The notes under the pieces were generated by a model. It searched no databases. It was not told the origin of the DNA and saw only the letters and a program-made list of their open reading frames with translations. From the NCBI GenBank assembly GCA_963749495.1, contig CAVVMW010000026.1, positions 1-46,283 of the forward strand: DNA of 46,283 bases, in the 5' to 3' direction. A program made the translations under genes and the position numbers. Positions 33,177-45,506 of this stretch are shown here, in pieces. This DNA comes from an uncultured bacterium (GTDB lineage: Bacteria > Verrucomicrobiota > Verrucomicrobiia > Limisphaerales > UBA8199). Numbering within the stretch: the first letter of the stretch is position 1; each line of letters starts with the position of its first letter.

Positions 33177-33920
33177 TCAGCGTGTGAGCACATTGAACAA
33201 ATGATGCATCTCCGCCTCAACTTCGCCCGGCGAGGCCACGGTGTTGGCAATCTCGGCCCTCAGCAGTTCTCGATACCGCTGCCGCAAACGGTGCACTGCC
33301 ACTTTCACCGCCCCCTCCTCCATCCCCAGCTTTGCCGCCAATTGGCCGTAGGGCTGTGCTGAGCCATGACCGAGCAGGCACCCTTTGAGCCCGTTGAACA
33401 GCTCGCCCTGGCCCCTGGCGCGCAACTCCGCCCCGAGTTGCTCCACCACCTCCTGCAGCAGCGTCACCGCCCAACGATGCTCGAACGCCTGCTCGGGCGT
33501 GTGGCTGTCCGCTGGTTCCACACCGTAGCGGGTCTCGGCGCTGTCGAGCTGGATGGGGATATTCTCGAGGCCGCCACCGCGCTTGAGGGCACGGGCCTTG
33601 TCCCATTCATTGGCCAGAAAACGCTCCATGGCCGTGAGCAGGAACGTGCGAAAGCGCCCTTTGAACTGGTCGGCCTCGGCCAGCCAGTGGCGTTCGAGCA
33701 CGCGTGCGAAGAATTCCTGCGTGAGATCCTGCGCATCTTCGACTGAATAGCCGCGCCGTCGCACATAAGCGTAGAGCGGGTACCAATAAGCGCTGCACAG
33801 ATTCTCCAAGGCGGCTTGCGCCGCAGCAGTGTCCTTGCGGCCCGCCGTCAGCACCACCGACCAGTGCGTCGTCACAAAAGCCCCGCCGCCCGACACCGGC
33901 TCTGTGCCGTTCTCAATCAT
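33177..33920 (-). CDS. ECF sigma factor of the Ser/Thr-kinase-associated type
   Basis: FVTTHWSVV, YWYPLYAYVRR, AQDLTQEFF, GRFRTFL, AVKVAVHRLRQRY; directly upstream of the kinase. Confidence 0.9.
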   Translation of the reverse strand: MIENGTEPVSGGGAFVTTHWSVVLTAGRKDTAAAQAALENLCSAYWYPLYAYVRRRGYSVEDAQDLTQEFFARVLERHWLAEADQFKGRFRTFLLTAMERFLANEWDKARALKRGGGLENIPIQLDSAETRYGVEPADSHTPEQAFEHRWAVTLLQEVVEQLGAELRARGQGELFNGLKGCLLGHGSAQPYGQLAAKLGMEEGAVKVAVHRLRQRYRELLRAEIANTVASPGEVEAEMHHLFNVLTR

Positions 33921-34074
33921 CTGGCGCGAGAGAATACCAACGATCCCGCAATGCGCGCCAGCGTTTTGGAAACTGATTGGAATTTGCTTTTTTCGGGCGC
34001 TTCCCCCACCGCTTTTAAGGCTCCACCGGTGAGGTCCGAAATGGGGGTCAAGCCGTTACAAAGTGCAATTTCTT

Positions 34075-34579
34075 TCATACTGGCAACTCGCCTCCGGCCG
34101 GCGCAATGGCAGTCTGGCCGGCCTTGAAGTATTGCTGGGCGGAAGGAAGGTTTGCGAGGCCGTTGTCGGGGGCCGTGCGTTTGAAGGCCTCCAGCCATTG
34201 GCGACGCTCTGCGGGCGAGGAATCGTCCCGGTCCGTCATCGAACCTGGCTTGCTCGTGGTCTTCCAATCCATTCATCTCGGCGGCTTGTCTTTCGCGGTT
34301 TTGACGGCGGCGCTCGCAGCGCATGGTCTTGGCGGCTACGAAGCAGGTGTGCCGGTGCAGCCAGCCCCCAAGCATCACCTGGCTGGAAAGCTCGCCGGAG
34401 AGCCGGGCCAAATCGACAAAGACCTCCTGGGCCGCGTCCTGCGCCCGGTCCCTGTCGCCGTCCACCAACCGCACCGCCGTCGAATAGACCAGGTCGACAT
34501 AACTCGCGACCACTTGGCGAAAGGCCTCTTCGGAGCCGTTCGCGGCGTAGTGGGCGCGCAGTCTCAGGCTGTCGGTCAT
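34075..34579 (-). pseudogene. ECF sigma factor fragment (copy 2), internally deleted
   Basis: 34234-34668 is a direct repeat of 26706-27139. It lacks sigma region 4 and is joined to an unrelated-looking piece (ERRQWLEAFK..PDNGLAN). Confidence 0.75.
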
Positions 34580-34668
34580 GTTTCAATCCACGGATAAAGA
34601 CCCGCACGGGCGTCGAATCGGACAGGACTTTTTCGGGGGCCGCGATCCGCGCCACAGGATATAGACAA

Positions 34669-36359
34669 TCCAGTGCGCCCGTCGTCCTGCCCAATTTGCA
34701 CGAAGGCTATGTGGCGCGCATTGTCCCCTCCGCCACAATCTGGCTCGATGACGTGCAGGTTGAAGAGGGTGGCCAGACCGATTACCAGCCCGCGCAACCG
34801 GTCGAAGTGGGTGCCGAAACGCCCACGCGCTGGTGCCGTGTTGGCGACGTGGTGCAGGTCACCGCCCGGGCAGCCGCAAGCTCGCAGCCCGACGCGGTTG
34901 CCCTAAGCTACACCCTTGAGGACCTGTGGTTTCGGCCGCTGACCAACCTGGTACACCAGGTCAAATTTGGCCAACTGGACCGCGCCCAGTTTCTGCTCCG
35001 ACAACCCGGCATGTACCGGGTGCGGGTCCGGGCCAACGAGTCGCCCGCGACCGGCGAGGTCTGGTTCGGTGTCTTTCCGGAACGGGATCGCCGGCTGCGG
35101 CCCGATTCGCCCTTCGGCACACATGTGACCTCGATGGTGCCCGAGCCGGGCAACGCACTGCTCGCCTCGGAGGCGATGGGGGCGCGTTGGGTGCGGCTGC
35201 ACGATTTCGGCGACTTTTGCCACTGGTGGCGGGTGGAACCGGAGAAGGGCCGGTTCGTGTGGCATGACCGAGAGATCGACGCGCTCCGCGATCGTGGGTT
35301 CCTGGTTTTCGCCAACCTTGGGCATCCCCCGCCGTGGGCAGGCCGCGACCGCGAAACACGCCAAGGCGGGCGCTCCTGGACCCCCGCGCCCCCGCGCGAC
35401 CTTGGCGAGTGGGAGAATTACGTCTTCCGCACAGTGGAACACTATCGCGGGCGCATCCAACACTGGGAAGTGTGGAACGAGCCCTACTGGAAGGGGTTCT
35501 TCACCGGCACGCCTGAGGAATATGCCGAACTGCTCAAGGTGGCTTGCCGCGCGATCAAACGCGCGGACCCCCAGGGTGTGGTTGTGGGCGGACGCTTTAC
35601 GCCCACCGCGGAGGCCTGGACCCAGCGCGTGCTCGCGGCCGACGGTCTGCAGTTCATGGACGCGCTCTCCTACCATGTGTATTGGAGCCGCCCATGACCG
35701 AGTCCGCCACTGACGGCGCCGCCCCGCTGGTCGCCCAGCAGGTGCAACGCTATGTGGAACTGATGCGCCAGCACGGCCAGCCCAAGCCCATTTACATGTC
35801 CGAAGGCGGCATCCGTTGCCCGCCCTTTGCGTCCTGGCTGCCGCCGGACGGCTTCGACTGCAGCGCCCCCTTCGGACCGGAGACGGGCGCGGGCATTCCC
35901 TTGACTGGCCTTGACGCGGCGGCCGGGTTGGTGCGCGGCATGGTCGAGATGCTCTCCGCGGGAGTGGAGAAGATCTTCTTCTACTACAGCGGCCACGAGA
36001 CCGGCGCCATGCCGTGGTTTTCGGCGATGGCCAACGGCTACTACGTGCTTCTGGACTACGACGGCCGACCCAAGCCGACCATGATGGCTTACAGCGCACT
36101 GGAGTCGATGCTGATGGGCGCCAAGCCCGCCGGGGTGATGCGCCGGGACGGCCTCACGGTCCATGCGTTTGAGCGCGCCAACGGCGCACTCGCAATCGTC
36201 TGGAGCGCCCGAACGCGGCCGGTGTCAATGCCTCCCGACGTGCCCGTGTTCGATCTCATGGGCAACGAGATGAAGGTGCCCGCCCTCAGATGGGGCGAAC
36301 CCGCGTATGTCGTCGCTCCCGGATTGAAACCAGCGCAGCTCCAGGAATCACTTCGGTGA
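34669..36359 (+). pseudogene. 5'-truncated GH39-like clan GH-A glycoside hydrolase; frameshift at about 35690
   Basis: DSPFGTH, MGARWVRLHD, WEVWNEP, DALSYHVY, then KPIYMSEGG, GVEKIFFY, DGRPKP. Confidence 0.7.
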
Positions 36360-36458
36360 ACGCCGCGAGGCCATTGCCTTAAAGGTGAACAAGTTGAAAC
36401 CGGCGGGGAACGCGAATGCTCCCCTTTTGGGGCGAGCCTTCATCCGTATATTTGATGT

Positions 36459-36984
36459 TCAGGGCCCTTGCGGGTTGTGGCCGCTGCCGGAGACAGGTTT
36501 GGCTTCCCCGTCAGCCCGGGCGAAAAGCAACTCCAAGGACCACCAACCGCCTCCAACGATCAGCAGAAAGACCAACCCAAGCCACATCGAAAAGTCCGTG
36601 CGGGCCTCGTGAACCATGCTCAGGAAACCGTAGCGCGGCAGCTTCGGAAAAGCAAAGCCCCAAAAAACCGTGTCCCAGCAGGACCGGGATCTTGGTCGAG
36701 AGGATAGCGACGGAGATGTTGAGCAGGAGCGGGACAGCGGCCAACCGGGTAAAGAGGCCCAGCAGGACAAGCGCTCCGCAAATGGTCTCGACGCCGGCGA
36801 CGAAGGGGCCCATCAGCTCCGGGGCGGGAATGCCGATCTTGGCAAACCGCCCTGCGGCCAACTCCTCGGGATGAAGGAACTTCAGGAGGCCTTCCACGAG
36901 AAAAACGCCCCCAACCATTAGCCGGATTAGGATGGCTGCCTGGGCCGTGACTTGTGGTCCAGCCGGTTTGATGAGCTTGTTCAT
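36459..36984 (-). CDS. DoxX family membrane protein (frameshift at about 36665)
   Basis: LIRLMVGGVFLVEGLLKF, GRFAKIGIP, LLGLFTRLAA, HEARTDFSM, GGGWWSLE. Confidence 0.85.
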
Positions 36985-37194
36985 TCTCTGACGCGTGGAC
37001 GGGAATTCAGTCCTTCGTTCGAGGGACAATCACGGTGAGCTGGTTCATGATGGTCCGAACATATCGCATTGGCCCATCCCCGACAACCGATCAGAAGCGA
37101 ACCCGGTGAGCCGGCTCGGCACATCCGCTACCCTACTCAACACCCGTCAGCTCCCTTGACATGCACCTGTGCGTCAGCCAGCCTGCGCTTCCGC

Positions 37195-37410
37195 ATGAGC
37201 AAGGTCCAAAATCAACTGGAAGGTGTTGAGGCAAATTACCCAAACTGGCGGCCGTTTCTCCTCGCCGCCGGCATTCTCGGGGTCCTCGGGCCTTTCGGGC
37301 CAACTGTGTCCGCGGCGACAACATGGTATGCCGCCGCCGTCGGCGAAGCCTCGGACGCAAATCCAGGAACGGCCCAGCAGCCTGTCCGCAGCGTCGCCAA
37401 GGCCGTGTTG
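37195..37410 (+). pseudogene. N-terminal stub of a secreted beta-helix (DUF1565-like) protein
   Basis: Signal peptide, then ATTWYAAAVGEASDANPGTAQQPVRSVAKA; the resemblance ends at about 37410. Confidence 0.5.
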
Positions 37411-37874
37411 CCTCCTGAGCGCGGCGGCGCCCGCCCTCGTGGAGGCCCTGCCCCCCCTCATGGGAGGCGCCTCGCAGCCTTGGACGCGGGAGGCGCCTGA
37501 GACATTTGGCTGAGAGTCCTCCGGCCATCGTCTCCTTCTCCTCTGTCGCGAGCCATTATCCCGCAGTGGGTTGTGCAGTTCGAGTCGGCGCTTTCGTGGG
37601 CTCAGCGCCCCAACGAACTTCGTTTGGCGCGGTTTAGAGAGGCGGCGTCCGACCGTAGCTCCAAAGCGGCCCGCGGGGCTCCGCACCCACTTGAGCGCGC
37701 CATGCGGGTGCTTGGGAAGTGAGAGTTTTGCATGAGAGCCTTGGCCCACACGGGAACGTGTTTGTCACCTCTTTAGCCTTGGCTGGCGTAGCATTTTCTT
37801 CCCGGCGGTGCTGCGCCCGGTCGACGGTCGGGGCAAATCTCAAAGAGCAAAGATAGAAAGGAGAACTAATAGTT

Positions 37875-39262
37875 ATGTTGGGTTATATCCTCAAGATCGA
37901 CGGGTCGCAGTTCTGGCAGGCGCGGTTCCTGAACGGTAGTGGCAAGAAGGTCCAACGCAGCGCGCGGACGAAAGACCGCAGGCAGGCCGAGGCGATCCTG
38001 GCAGGCTGGGCGCTCCAGGCGCATTTGGAGCGACAGCCCGGCCTCAGCCGGACCGAGTCAGGCAGGTCTCCGCCGAGATGTCTCGGTTGGTCGGCGGAGA
38101 CACCACTCCGGTGGCGACGTACCAAGCCGTACGTGACGCCTTCCTGGCGCGGAGCAAGGCGATGGGGCAGGAGACCTACATCAACCGTAGAAGCACCCTC
38201 AAAAGCTTCGACGCTTACTTGGACCAACTCGGCTCCTCCGGCGGCGTGAGCATCCCGTTGGAGGACGTGACGCGGCCCATGGTAGCAGGCTACCGGGACT
38301 TCTGCCTCGCCAAGGGCCAGGCGCCCGGAACGGTCAGGCAGAGGCTGGAGGTGCTCCACCTGCTCTGGGAGGAGACCATGGGGGATGGCATCGCCAGGCA
38401 CAACCCGGTGACAGGGGTGCTGGTCAAGCAACTTAAGCTCCGGGTCAATGTGAAGGTCCAGAAGCGTGTGGCCTTGTCGATGGCCGAGGCGATGAGGCTC
38501 GCGGACGTGGCGACAGCGGATGAGTTGGTCGCGGTTGTCGTGGGACTCGACACCGGGGCTCGCATCGGAGACGCTTTGGGGATGGAGACGCAAAGAGTGG
38601 AGCTAGCCGAGGGCAAGATTGAGTTTTGGGTTGAAAAGTCGGATGTTTGGCACACGGTCTATCTGTTCCCCCCGACGGTTGAGTTTCTGCGCGAGTTTTT
38701 GGGCTATCACCATCCCGCCCGGCTCGACCGCGACCTCATGCACGGCGACTCCAGGTTCTTGATGCCATCCCTGGGCGTGCCCTCGGGCCCGGAGGTCAGC
38801 GCTGCCGAACACAAGTCGGCCTTGACTGCCGCCGACAATGCGATCAGCACCTTGGTGGAGCGGGCCGGGATCGGGGAGTGGGTGACGCGCCCCTCGGGCA
38901 GCAGATTCCACACGGTCCGCTACCATGTGTTCCGGATCACAAACAACAACGCGTTGAAGATGGATGGCGTCACGACGGAATGGGTTATGGCGCGCATGTG
39001 CCAGAAGAGCAAGAAGGCCAACGAGGCCTACGACCGCTCTGACGAGCACAACGTCAGGAAGGCGGTGTTTGGCCAACTCGGTATCCTTCACAAGCAGGAG
39101 CAGTCTGGGGACGGCATGGAGACCAAAGTGAAGGACGGCTCGATGACGTTTACTGAGATGGTGGAATTGATCCGCTACTCGACGCGACGGTTGATTGGGC
39201 TCCGGCTCGGTTACAAACCGCAGCCTCCGACCCGGCAGCTGACTCTATACGGGTTCATCTGA
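37875..39262 (+). mobile_element. Tyrosine recombinase/phage-type integrase (frameshift at about 38070)
   Basis: RBS AAAGGAG; arm-like WQARF..SGKKVQRSARTKDRRQAE; catalytic TGARIGD (R), EKS (K), YHVFR (HxxR), AYDR (Y). Confidence 0.8.
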
Positions 39263-39277
39263 TCGAGTCCTCGGAGC

Positions 39278-39322
39278 CGCGGCCGGGGCGGGCCTCGGTG
39301 AGGGACCCGGCCGCCTTTTTTG
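39278..39322 (+). terminator. Rho-independent terminator after the integrase
   Basis: GCGGCCGG...CCGGCCGC stem followed by CTTTTTT. Confidence 0.65.
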
Positions 39323-39745
39323 GTGAAACGACTGAGCAACTCGGGGAGGGCAACGCGCATTCCGCCCCCATTGGCCGGGCGTCGCGCGAGAGTGGCTTTG
39401 GAGGCGACGCGGTTCTTCAGTGCGCAACGAGAAGGGTCTCCGGCCGATCGGCCCTCCGAGCGCACGTGGAAACCCAGCCGCAATTCTGCCAGGCAAGTGC
39501 TCGGATACTGAAGCATGAAGCTCCGGAGTGTCATCGAGTAGAGCAGAGGCGCGGAAATGACTAGGCCAACCGCGGCATCCATTGGCAAAGCGATTCTTCC
39601 GCGCGTTCAGCAGCGCTCTTCATTCGTAAGTGTGACTGGGCCGGACAGGGACCGATTACGCTGGCAGTCGCAGGAGACGTTCCACTCCAGCCGAAACCGA
39701 TACCGGGGATTGACGGTGCCGAACGCAGAGGGGCATTATACGCAC

Positions 39746-40459
39746 ATGCGGCACATCATTTCTTTGTTTCAAGCTCCATCGGCGGCGCCACTCCTCCTCG
39801 GTCTTGTGGCCGTGATTCTCACTGGCTGCTCGTCGCCCAAGCCGAAGGAGGCAGTAACTCATCAGCGCGGCTGGATCGGGGGCCAGTACCAAGAGGTCCG
39901 GAGGTTCCCGCCCGGACTCAAGCACCCGCCAAAGGCGGCGCTGCTGGTCACTGCCCTCGGGACCAACACGCCAGCCCGCCTCGCCGGCCTTGGTGAGGGT
40001 GACCTGATCCTGGAACTGAATCACCAGCCTGCGACCCGGCTACGGGGCTTTTATAGGACCATCGACGGGAGCGAACCTGGGACGTTGCTGCCGGTGAAGA
40101 CCTGGCACGATGGGCAAACAGTCGAGTGCCAAGTGCCGGTGGGACGTGAGACGTATGATCTGCATGTCAGCTTTGGGGCCGAGCTCTTTTTCCCGGCTTT
40201 GTGGCTCTGGCCTGACTCCGGTTTTTCACTGGCAGTGTTGGGCTACGAGCCGGAATCCCTCGACAGCCGAATGGACCTCGCGTCCGCCAGGGAAAAGTTC
40301 CTCAAGAGCTGTGACCAAAAGAACTACCGGGCGGCAGAGGACGGCTGGAGTGCCTGGCTGGCGATCCTGCGGGTTGGAACCCAAAAGCTGATCCACTCCC
40401 AAGAAAACATGAGCCCTCGGGCTCCCTCTCGACCACCGGTTGGCGCCCCTCCACGGTGA
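39746..40459 (+). CDS. PDZ-domain lipoprotein
   Basis: Lipobox ILTGC; GWIGG; TPARLAGLGEGDLILELNHQP PDZ signature. Confidence 0.8.
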   Translation: MRHIISLFQAPSAAPLLLGLVAVILTGCSSPKPKEAVTHQRGWIGGQYQEVRRFPPGLKHPPKAALLVTALGTNTPARLAGLGEGDLILELNHQPATRLRGFYRTIDGSEPGTLLPVKTWHDGQTVECQVPVGRETYDLHVSFGAELFFPALWLWPDSGFSLAVLGYEPESLDSRMDLASAREKFLKSCDQKNYRAAEDGWSAWLAILRVGTQKLIHSQENMSPRAPSRPPVGAPPR

Positions 40460-40510
40460 CCCACTGGAGCGCCGCCGGGGCGATTGGGCCCAAGCTCAAG
40501 CGGCTACGGG

Positions 40511-40975
40511 TCAATAAATCCATGGAATGAATCGCCGCACCCGTCGCTCGTAGCGCGCGTAATCCGAGAATTGCTGTCGCAGCCAAAGTTCTTCGTGCCG
40601 CGCCTTGGCGTCGAAGAACACCGCCAGTGCCAGCGAAGCCGCCAGAGCCGGCCAGCTTGACCAGATCAGCGACCAGCCGATCGCTCCGCAAATGACTGCC
40701 GTGTAAAGCGGATGGCGTATCAAGCCGTAGATGCCACGCTGAACCAATTGTGTGCTCCCCACAGGCTTGGGAAACGGCGTGAGATTCCGGCCCAGGGTTA
40801 TGCCGCCGGCGATGCCGCAGACCGAGGAACCTGCCAGAAAGACCAAACCGCAAACCAACAACGGAAGATGCTTCGACGGACCACGACAGGCGATACCCAG
40901 GACCGCAACTGCAAGCATGATCGTGGATTGTCCAAGAACCCACAATCCGCCGCGCTGGATGAAACTGCTACTCAT
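40511..40975 (-). CDS. Isoprenylcysteine carboxyl methyltransferase (ICMT/PEMT) family protein
   Basis: LGRNLTPFPKP, LVQRGIYGLIRHPLY, KARHEELWL, RRFIPWIY. Confidence 0.9.
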   Translation of the reverse strand: MSSSFIQRGGLWVLGQSTIMLAVAVLGIACRGPSKHLPLLVCGLVFLAGSSVCGIAGGITLGRNLTPFPKPVGSTQLVQRGIYGLIRHPLYTAVICGAIGWSLIWSSWPALAASLALAVFFDAKARHEELWLRQQFSDYARYERRVRRFIPWIY

Positions 40976-41075
40976 TCGCGGTGAGCGGGCAGGAGCCGGA
41001 ACTGCACTGGCCGAAGCGGCCCAACGGGGCGCCGCAGCCCCCACCGATCAATAGGCTGGCGAGCATCGCGATCAT
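40968..41075 (-). pseudogene. Truncated DUF6132-like small membrane protein
   Basis: [35 protein letters not shown] carries a CxxGxCP motif and is translationally coupled on both sides. Confidence 0.45.
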
Positions 41076-44000
41076 ACGTGCGCCTGCAAGGCCTGCGGCG
41101 TCTCTGGCACCGGCGCAGTCTTCGGCCCGCGGCTGTAAGCCATAAAATAGAGCACGGGCACCGCCATGCGGCTGATCAACAGCGAGGCAATTTCTCCGGC
41201 CATCAGCGAGATGGCCAGGCCCTGGAAGATCGGGTCGGCCAGGATCACGCTGGCGCCGACCACCACGGCCAACGCCGTCAGCAACATCGGCCGGAACCGC
41301 ACCGCCCCTGCGTCCACGACCGCTTCGTCCAGGGGCATGCCTTCGGCAAGACGTTGCTCGATGAAATCCACCAGGATGATCGAGTTGCGCACCACGATGC
41401 CCGCCCCGGCCATGAAGCCGATCATCGATGTCGCGGTGAAGAAGGCGCCCATCAGCCCGTGCGCGGGCAAGATGCCCACCAGCGAGAACGGGATGGCCGC
41501 CATGACGACCAGCGGCGTCAAGAAGGATCGAAACCAACCCACCATGAGGATGAAGATCAGCACCAGGACGGCGGCGAAGGCGGTGCCCAAATCGCGAAAC
41601 ACCTCGATGGTGATGTGCCATTCGCCGTCCCATTTGAGCGCCGGATTGTCTTCAGTAAACGGCTGGACAGCGCTGTAAATCTGGAGCGGCGCTCCGTTCC
41701 CGCCAAATTCACGGGTGTTCAGCGAGCGCAGCGCCTGGTTCATTTTCAGAATGGCATAGACCGGGCTTTCGACCACGCCGGCCACGTCGCCGATGACGTA
41801 GGTCACCGGCTTGAGGTTCTTGTGATAGATGTTCTTATCAACGGTGGTCGAGTCGACCTTGACCAGTTCGCGCAACGGCACCAGCGGGGCGGAAGGGTTG
41901 GCGGCCGAGCGCACGCGCAAGGCGAGCAACTCCTCCGGGCTGGTCCGGCTCGCCCGCGGCAATTGCACCAGAATGTCAATGTCTTCCTTGTCGCGCGGCA
42001 CGTGGAGCAGGTCCACCGCCTCGCCACCGACCGCAATGCGGAGGGTCTCGGAGATAGTCTCGGCGCTGATGCCGTGGAGGGCCGCCTTCTCTTTGTCGAT
42101 GACGAACCGCGCCTTGGGCTGCTCGGCCTCGATATACCAGTCGGTGTCCACCACGCCCGGCGTGTGGTGGAAGATGTCAATGACCTTGTGGGCCAGGGTC
42201 AGGCGGCTTTCCTCGTTGGGACCATAAACCTCCGCCACCAGGGTCTGGAGGACGGGCGGGCCGGGAGGCACTTCGGCAACCGCCACGCGGGCGCCGTATC
42301 TGGTCGCAATAGCGGCCACGCGCGGGCGCACGCGCTTGGCGATGTCGTGGCTCTGGGCCTTGCGCTCGCTTTTGGAGACCAGGTTGACCTGGAGGTCGGC
42401 CACGTGGGGGCCGCGGCGCATGAAATAGTGGCGCACCAGGCCGTTGAAATTGAACGGGGCCGCAACCCCGGCGTAAATCTGGCAATCGGTCACTTCCGGC
42501 TCGACCCGCACCGCCGCGGCAATTTCGCGCGCCGCCTGGGCCGTCTGCTCCAGCGCGCTGCCCTCGGGCATGTTCAGAATGACCTGGAATTCGCTCTTGT
42601 TGTCAAAGGGCAACATCTTGACCTTGACCCAGCCCAGGCCCACCAGCGCCATGGCCACAAGGAGCAGCCCTACAATGATGGCCAGAAAGGCATAGCGCCA
42701 AGGCCGGCGCTGGATGAGCGGAGCCATGAACCGGCGATAAACCCGGGTGAAAAAGTCCTCCGGGTGCGCGGAATGAGGCGCCAGACCGGGAGCGCCGGCA
42801 TCCCCACCGGCGATTTCTGTCGTTTTCGCAGGCCTCGGCGAGGATGCCGGCGCTCCCAGTCCGTCGCTGCGGGTAAGCGAGGAGTACTTCCGGCCCCAGC
42901 GCAACACGCGAATGGAGGCCCAGGGCGTGACGATGAAGGCAATGGCGAGGGAAAAGAGCATGGCAGCGCCGGAACCGGTCGGGATGGGCCGCATGTAAGG
43001 CCCCATCAGCCCGCCGACGAACGCCATCGGCAGCACCGCGGCAATGACGGCGAACGTGGCCAGAATGGTGGGGTTGCCCACCTCGTTCACGGCCTCGACC
43101 GCAATCTCCGACCAACTCCGGCCCTGGTTCTGCGGTAGGTGGAAGTGCCGCACGATGTTCTCGACCACCACAATCGCATCGTCCACCAGGATGCCGATCG
43201 AGAAGATGAGCGCAAAGAGCGTGATCCGGTTCAGGGTGTAGCCGTAGAGGTAGAAGACCAGGAGGGTCAAAGCCAGCGTCGCCGGGATGGCGATAGCCAC
43301 GATGACCGACTCGCGCCAACCCAGTGTGAGCAAAATGAGAATAGAGACGCCGAGCACCGCCAGGCCCATGTGGAAGAGCAGTTCGTTAGACTTTTCCAGG
43401 GCCGTCTCTCCGTAGTTGCGGGTGACGGTCACCTGGATGTCGGCCGGGATTATCCGCCCCTTGAGGGTCTCGACCCTCCCCATGACCCGGTCGGCGACCG
43501 CAATGGCATTGGCCCCGGGGCGCTTGGCGAGGCTCAAGGTGACGGCGGGTTGTTCGTCGGCCGCAGCCGAACGGGCGGCGCCGGACTCGAAAAAGACATA
43601 TTGGGAAGGCTCCTTTGCCCCATCCCGGATGTCGGCCACCTCGCGCAGATAAACGGGCAGGCCGCCGAAGACACCCACGACAACGTTGCCCACTTCCTGG
43701 GCGTTGGCCAGGAACCCGCCGGTCTCGACGATGACCTCCCGGTTGTTCCGGGTCAAGCCGCCCGCCACGAGCTGTCGATTGGCCTGGGTGAGCATTGGGA
43801 TGATTTCGGCGGCGCTCAGGTCCCGCGAGGCCAGCCGCGCGGGGTCCAGCAGCACACGCACCTGGCGCCGGGCGCCGCCGATGAGCGTCGTCTCGGCCAC
43901 CTGCGGCACCTGCTTGAGCGCATCGTCCACCTGGGCCACGAGCCGGCGCAATGTGAGATGGTCGTAATGTGGACTGTGAAAGGTCAGCGCCAGGATCGGC

Positions 44001-44452
44001 ACGTCATCAATCGAGCGGTGCTTGATCAGCGGGTAGGAAACGCCCTTGGGGATGCGGTCGAAATTGGCCTGGAGCTTCTGGTTGAGCTTCACCAGGCTGC
44101 GCTCGACATCTTCGCCGACCTTGAACCGCACGATGGCCAGGCTCTCGCCGGGACGTGAGGTGGAATAGATGTACTCGACGCCGGGAATTTCCCAGAGCAG
44201 CTTCTCCATCGGCCGGGTGGCGCGCTCCTCGACCTCCTTGGCGCTGAAGCCGGGCATCGAGACCAGAACGTCAATCATCGGGACCTTGATCTGGGGCTCT
44301 TCCTCGCGCGGCAGCAGGACCACGGCCGCCGCGCCCAGCAGCACCGAGGTGACGATGATGAGCGGCGTCAGCTTCGAGTCGATAAACGCCCGGGCGATGC
44401 GGCCGGCGAAACCGAGACCGGCGCCGCGGGATGGGTTGGGAGAGCGGTTCAT
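41072..44452 (-). CDS. RND efflux permease (AcrB/AcrD/AcrF family)
   Basis: 1126 aa; [45 protein letters not shown]. Confidence 0.95.
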   Translation of the reverse strand: MNRSPNPSRGAGLGFAGRIARAFIDSKLTPLIIVTSVLLGAAAVVLLPREEEPQIKVPMIDVLVSMPGFSAKEVEERATRPMEKLLWEIPGVEYIYSTSRPGESLAIVRFKVGEDVERSLVKLNQKLQANFDRIPKGVSYPLIKHRSIDDVPILALTFHSPHYDHLTLRRLVAQVDDALKQVPQVAETTLIGGARRQVRVLLDPARLASRDLSAAEIIPMLTQANRQLVAGGLTRNNREVIVETGGFLANAQEVGNVVVGVFGGLPVYLREVADIRDGAKEPSQYVFFESGAARSAAADEQPAVTLSLAKRPGANAIAVADRVMGRVETLKGRIIPADIQVTVTRNYGETALEKSNELLFHMGLAVLGVSILILLTLGWRESVIVAIAIPATLALTLLVFYLYGYTLNRITLFALIFSIGILVDDAIVVVENIVRHFHLPQNQGRSWSEIAVEAVNEVGNPTILATFAVIAAVLPMAFVGGLMGPYMRPIPTGSGAAMLFSLAIAFIVTPWASIRVLRWGRKYSSLTRSDGLGAPASSPRPAKTTEIAGGDAGAPGLAPHSAHPEDFFTRVYRRFMAPLIQRRPWRYAFLAIIVGLLLVAMALVGLGWVKVKMLPFDNKSEFQVILNMPEGSALEQTAQAAREIAAAVRVEPEVTDCQIYAGVAAPFNFNGLVRHYFMRRGPHVADLQVNLVSKSERKAQSHDIAKRVRPRVAAIATRYGARVAVAEVPPGPPVLQTLVAEVYGPNEESRLTLAHKVIDIFHHTPGVVDTDWYIEAEQPKARFVIDKEKAALHGISAETISETLRIAVGGEAVDLLHVPRDKEDIDILVQLPRASRTSPEELLALRVRSAANPSAPLVPLRELVKVDSTTVDKNIYHKNLKPVTYVIGDVAGVVESPVYAILKMNQALRSLNTREFGGNGAPLQIYSAVQPFTEDNPALKWDGEWHITIEVFRDLGTAFAAVLVLIFILMVGWFRSFLTPLVVMAAIPFSLVGILPAHGLMGAFFTATSMIGFMAGAGIVVRNSIILVDFIEQRLAEGMPLDEAVVDAGAVRFRPMLLTALAVVVGASVILADPIFQGLAISLMAGEIASLLISRMAVPVLYFMAYSRGPKTAPVPETPQALQAHV

Positions 44453-44474
44453 GGGAGAAGTGCGAAACCCGAAT

Positions 44475-45506
44475 TCACTTTACCTCGACCGGCTGTCCGT
44501 CCACCAGTTGCGCGGCGCCATCAACAATGACGGCATCGCCGGCGTCGAGACCGGAGAGGATCTCAACCTCGTCGCCGAGGCGTTTTCCAGTCTTCACCAG
44601 GTGCAACTGCGCGCGCTGGTTGGCGGCGACAAAGGCAATCTCCAATTGGCCCCGCTGGACCACGGCGGACGCCGGCACACGCAAGGAACTGCTCTCGCCC
44701 ACCGGCACCACCAACCGCGCGAACTGGCCCGGCATCAACCCCGGCGACTCCGGCAAGTCCAGCTTCACCCGAAGGGTGCGGTTGAGCGGATCGGCCGCCG
44801 GCGCGATTTCGGCGACGACGCCCAAGAGTTCGTTGGTGAGCGAGTCGACGCGAATGCCCAGGCGGGCGTCGCGCCGAATCCTCGAGGCGATCGCTTCCGG
44901 CACGTCGGCCTCGACTTGCAACGCGGACGTGTCCTCGATGCCCACCAGCGGTTTGCCCGGCGCTGCCAGGTCGCCCACCTCAGCCCACTTCTTCATCACC
45001 ACCCCATCGAAAGGCGCCCGGACCTCTACGTAACCCAGCATCGCCTGGGCCTCGGCGACAGCGGCCTTGGCCAGCCGGTAGCGCGCATCAGCGGCATCGT
45101 AATCGGCGCGGGTGACCGCCTGCTGCTGGAGGAGCGAGGAGATCCGTTTCCAGTCCCGATCGGCTTGATCGAGGCCGGCTTGGGCCTGCTCCAGTCGGGC
45201 CTGGATTTCCGGCGCATCCAGCCGGGCAATCAGGTCGCCGGCCCTGACGCTTTGGCCCAGGACCAGCGGCAGCTTTTCAATCCGGCCGCTCACCTTGGCT
45301 TCGAGCGTGGCCCGCAGTTTGGCACGCACGGTCCCCACCACCTCTTCGGTGGCCGTCTGCTTCTTGCTCTCGGCGGTCTGGACGTGCACCGGCACGGCGG
45401 GCAGACCACGCGTGGCAGCGGCGCCGGCCTCCGGCTGCTTGTGCCCGCAGCCGGCCACCAGAGCGCAGAGGGCCAAACCTGCTACGATCGAATCATGTGT
45501 CTTCAT
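44475..45506 (-). CDS. RND periplasmic adaptor (MFP) lipoprotein
   Basis: Lipobox [37 protein letters not shown]. Confidence 0.93.
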   Translation of the reverse strand: MKTHDSIVAGLALCALVAGCGHKQPEAGAAATRGLPAVPVHVQTAESKKQTATEEVVGTVRAKLRATLEAKVSGRIEKLPLVLGQSVRAGDLIARLDAPEIQARLEQAQAGLDQADRDWKRISSLLQQQAVTRADYDAADARYRLAKAAVAEAQAMLGYVEVRAPFDGVVMKKWAEVGDLAAPGKPLVGIEDTSALQVEADVPEAIASRIRRDARLGIRVDSLTNELLGVVAEIAPAADPLNRTLRVKLDLPESPGLMPGQFARLVVPVGESSSLRVPASAVVQRGQLEIAFVAANQRAQLHLVKTGKRLGDEVEILSGLDAGDAVIVDGAAQLVDGQPVEVK

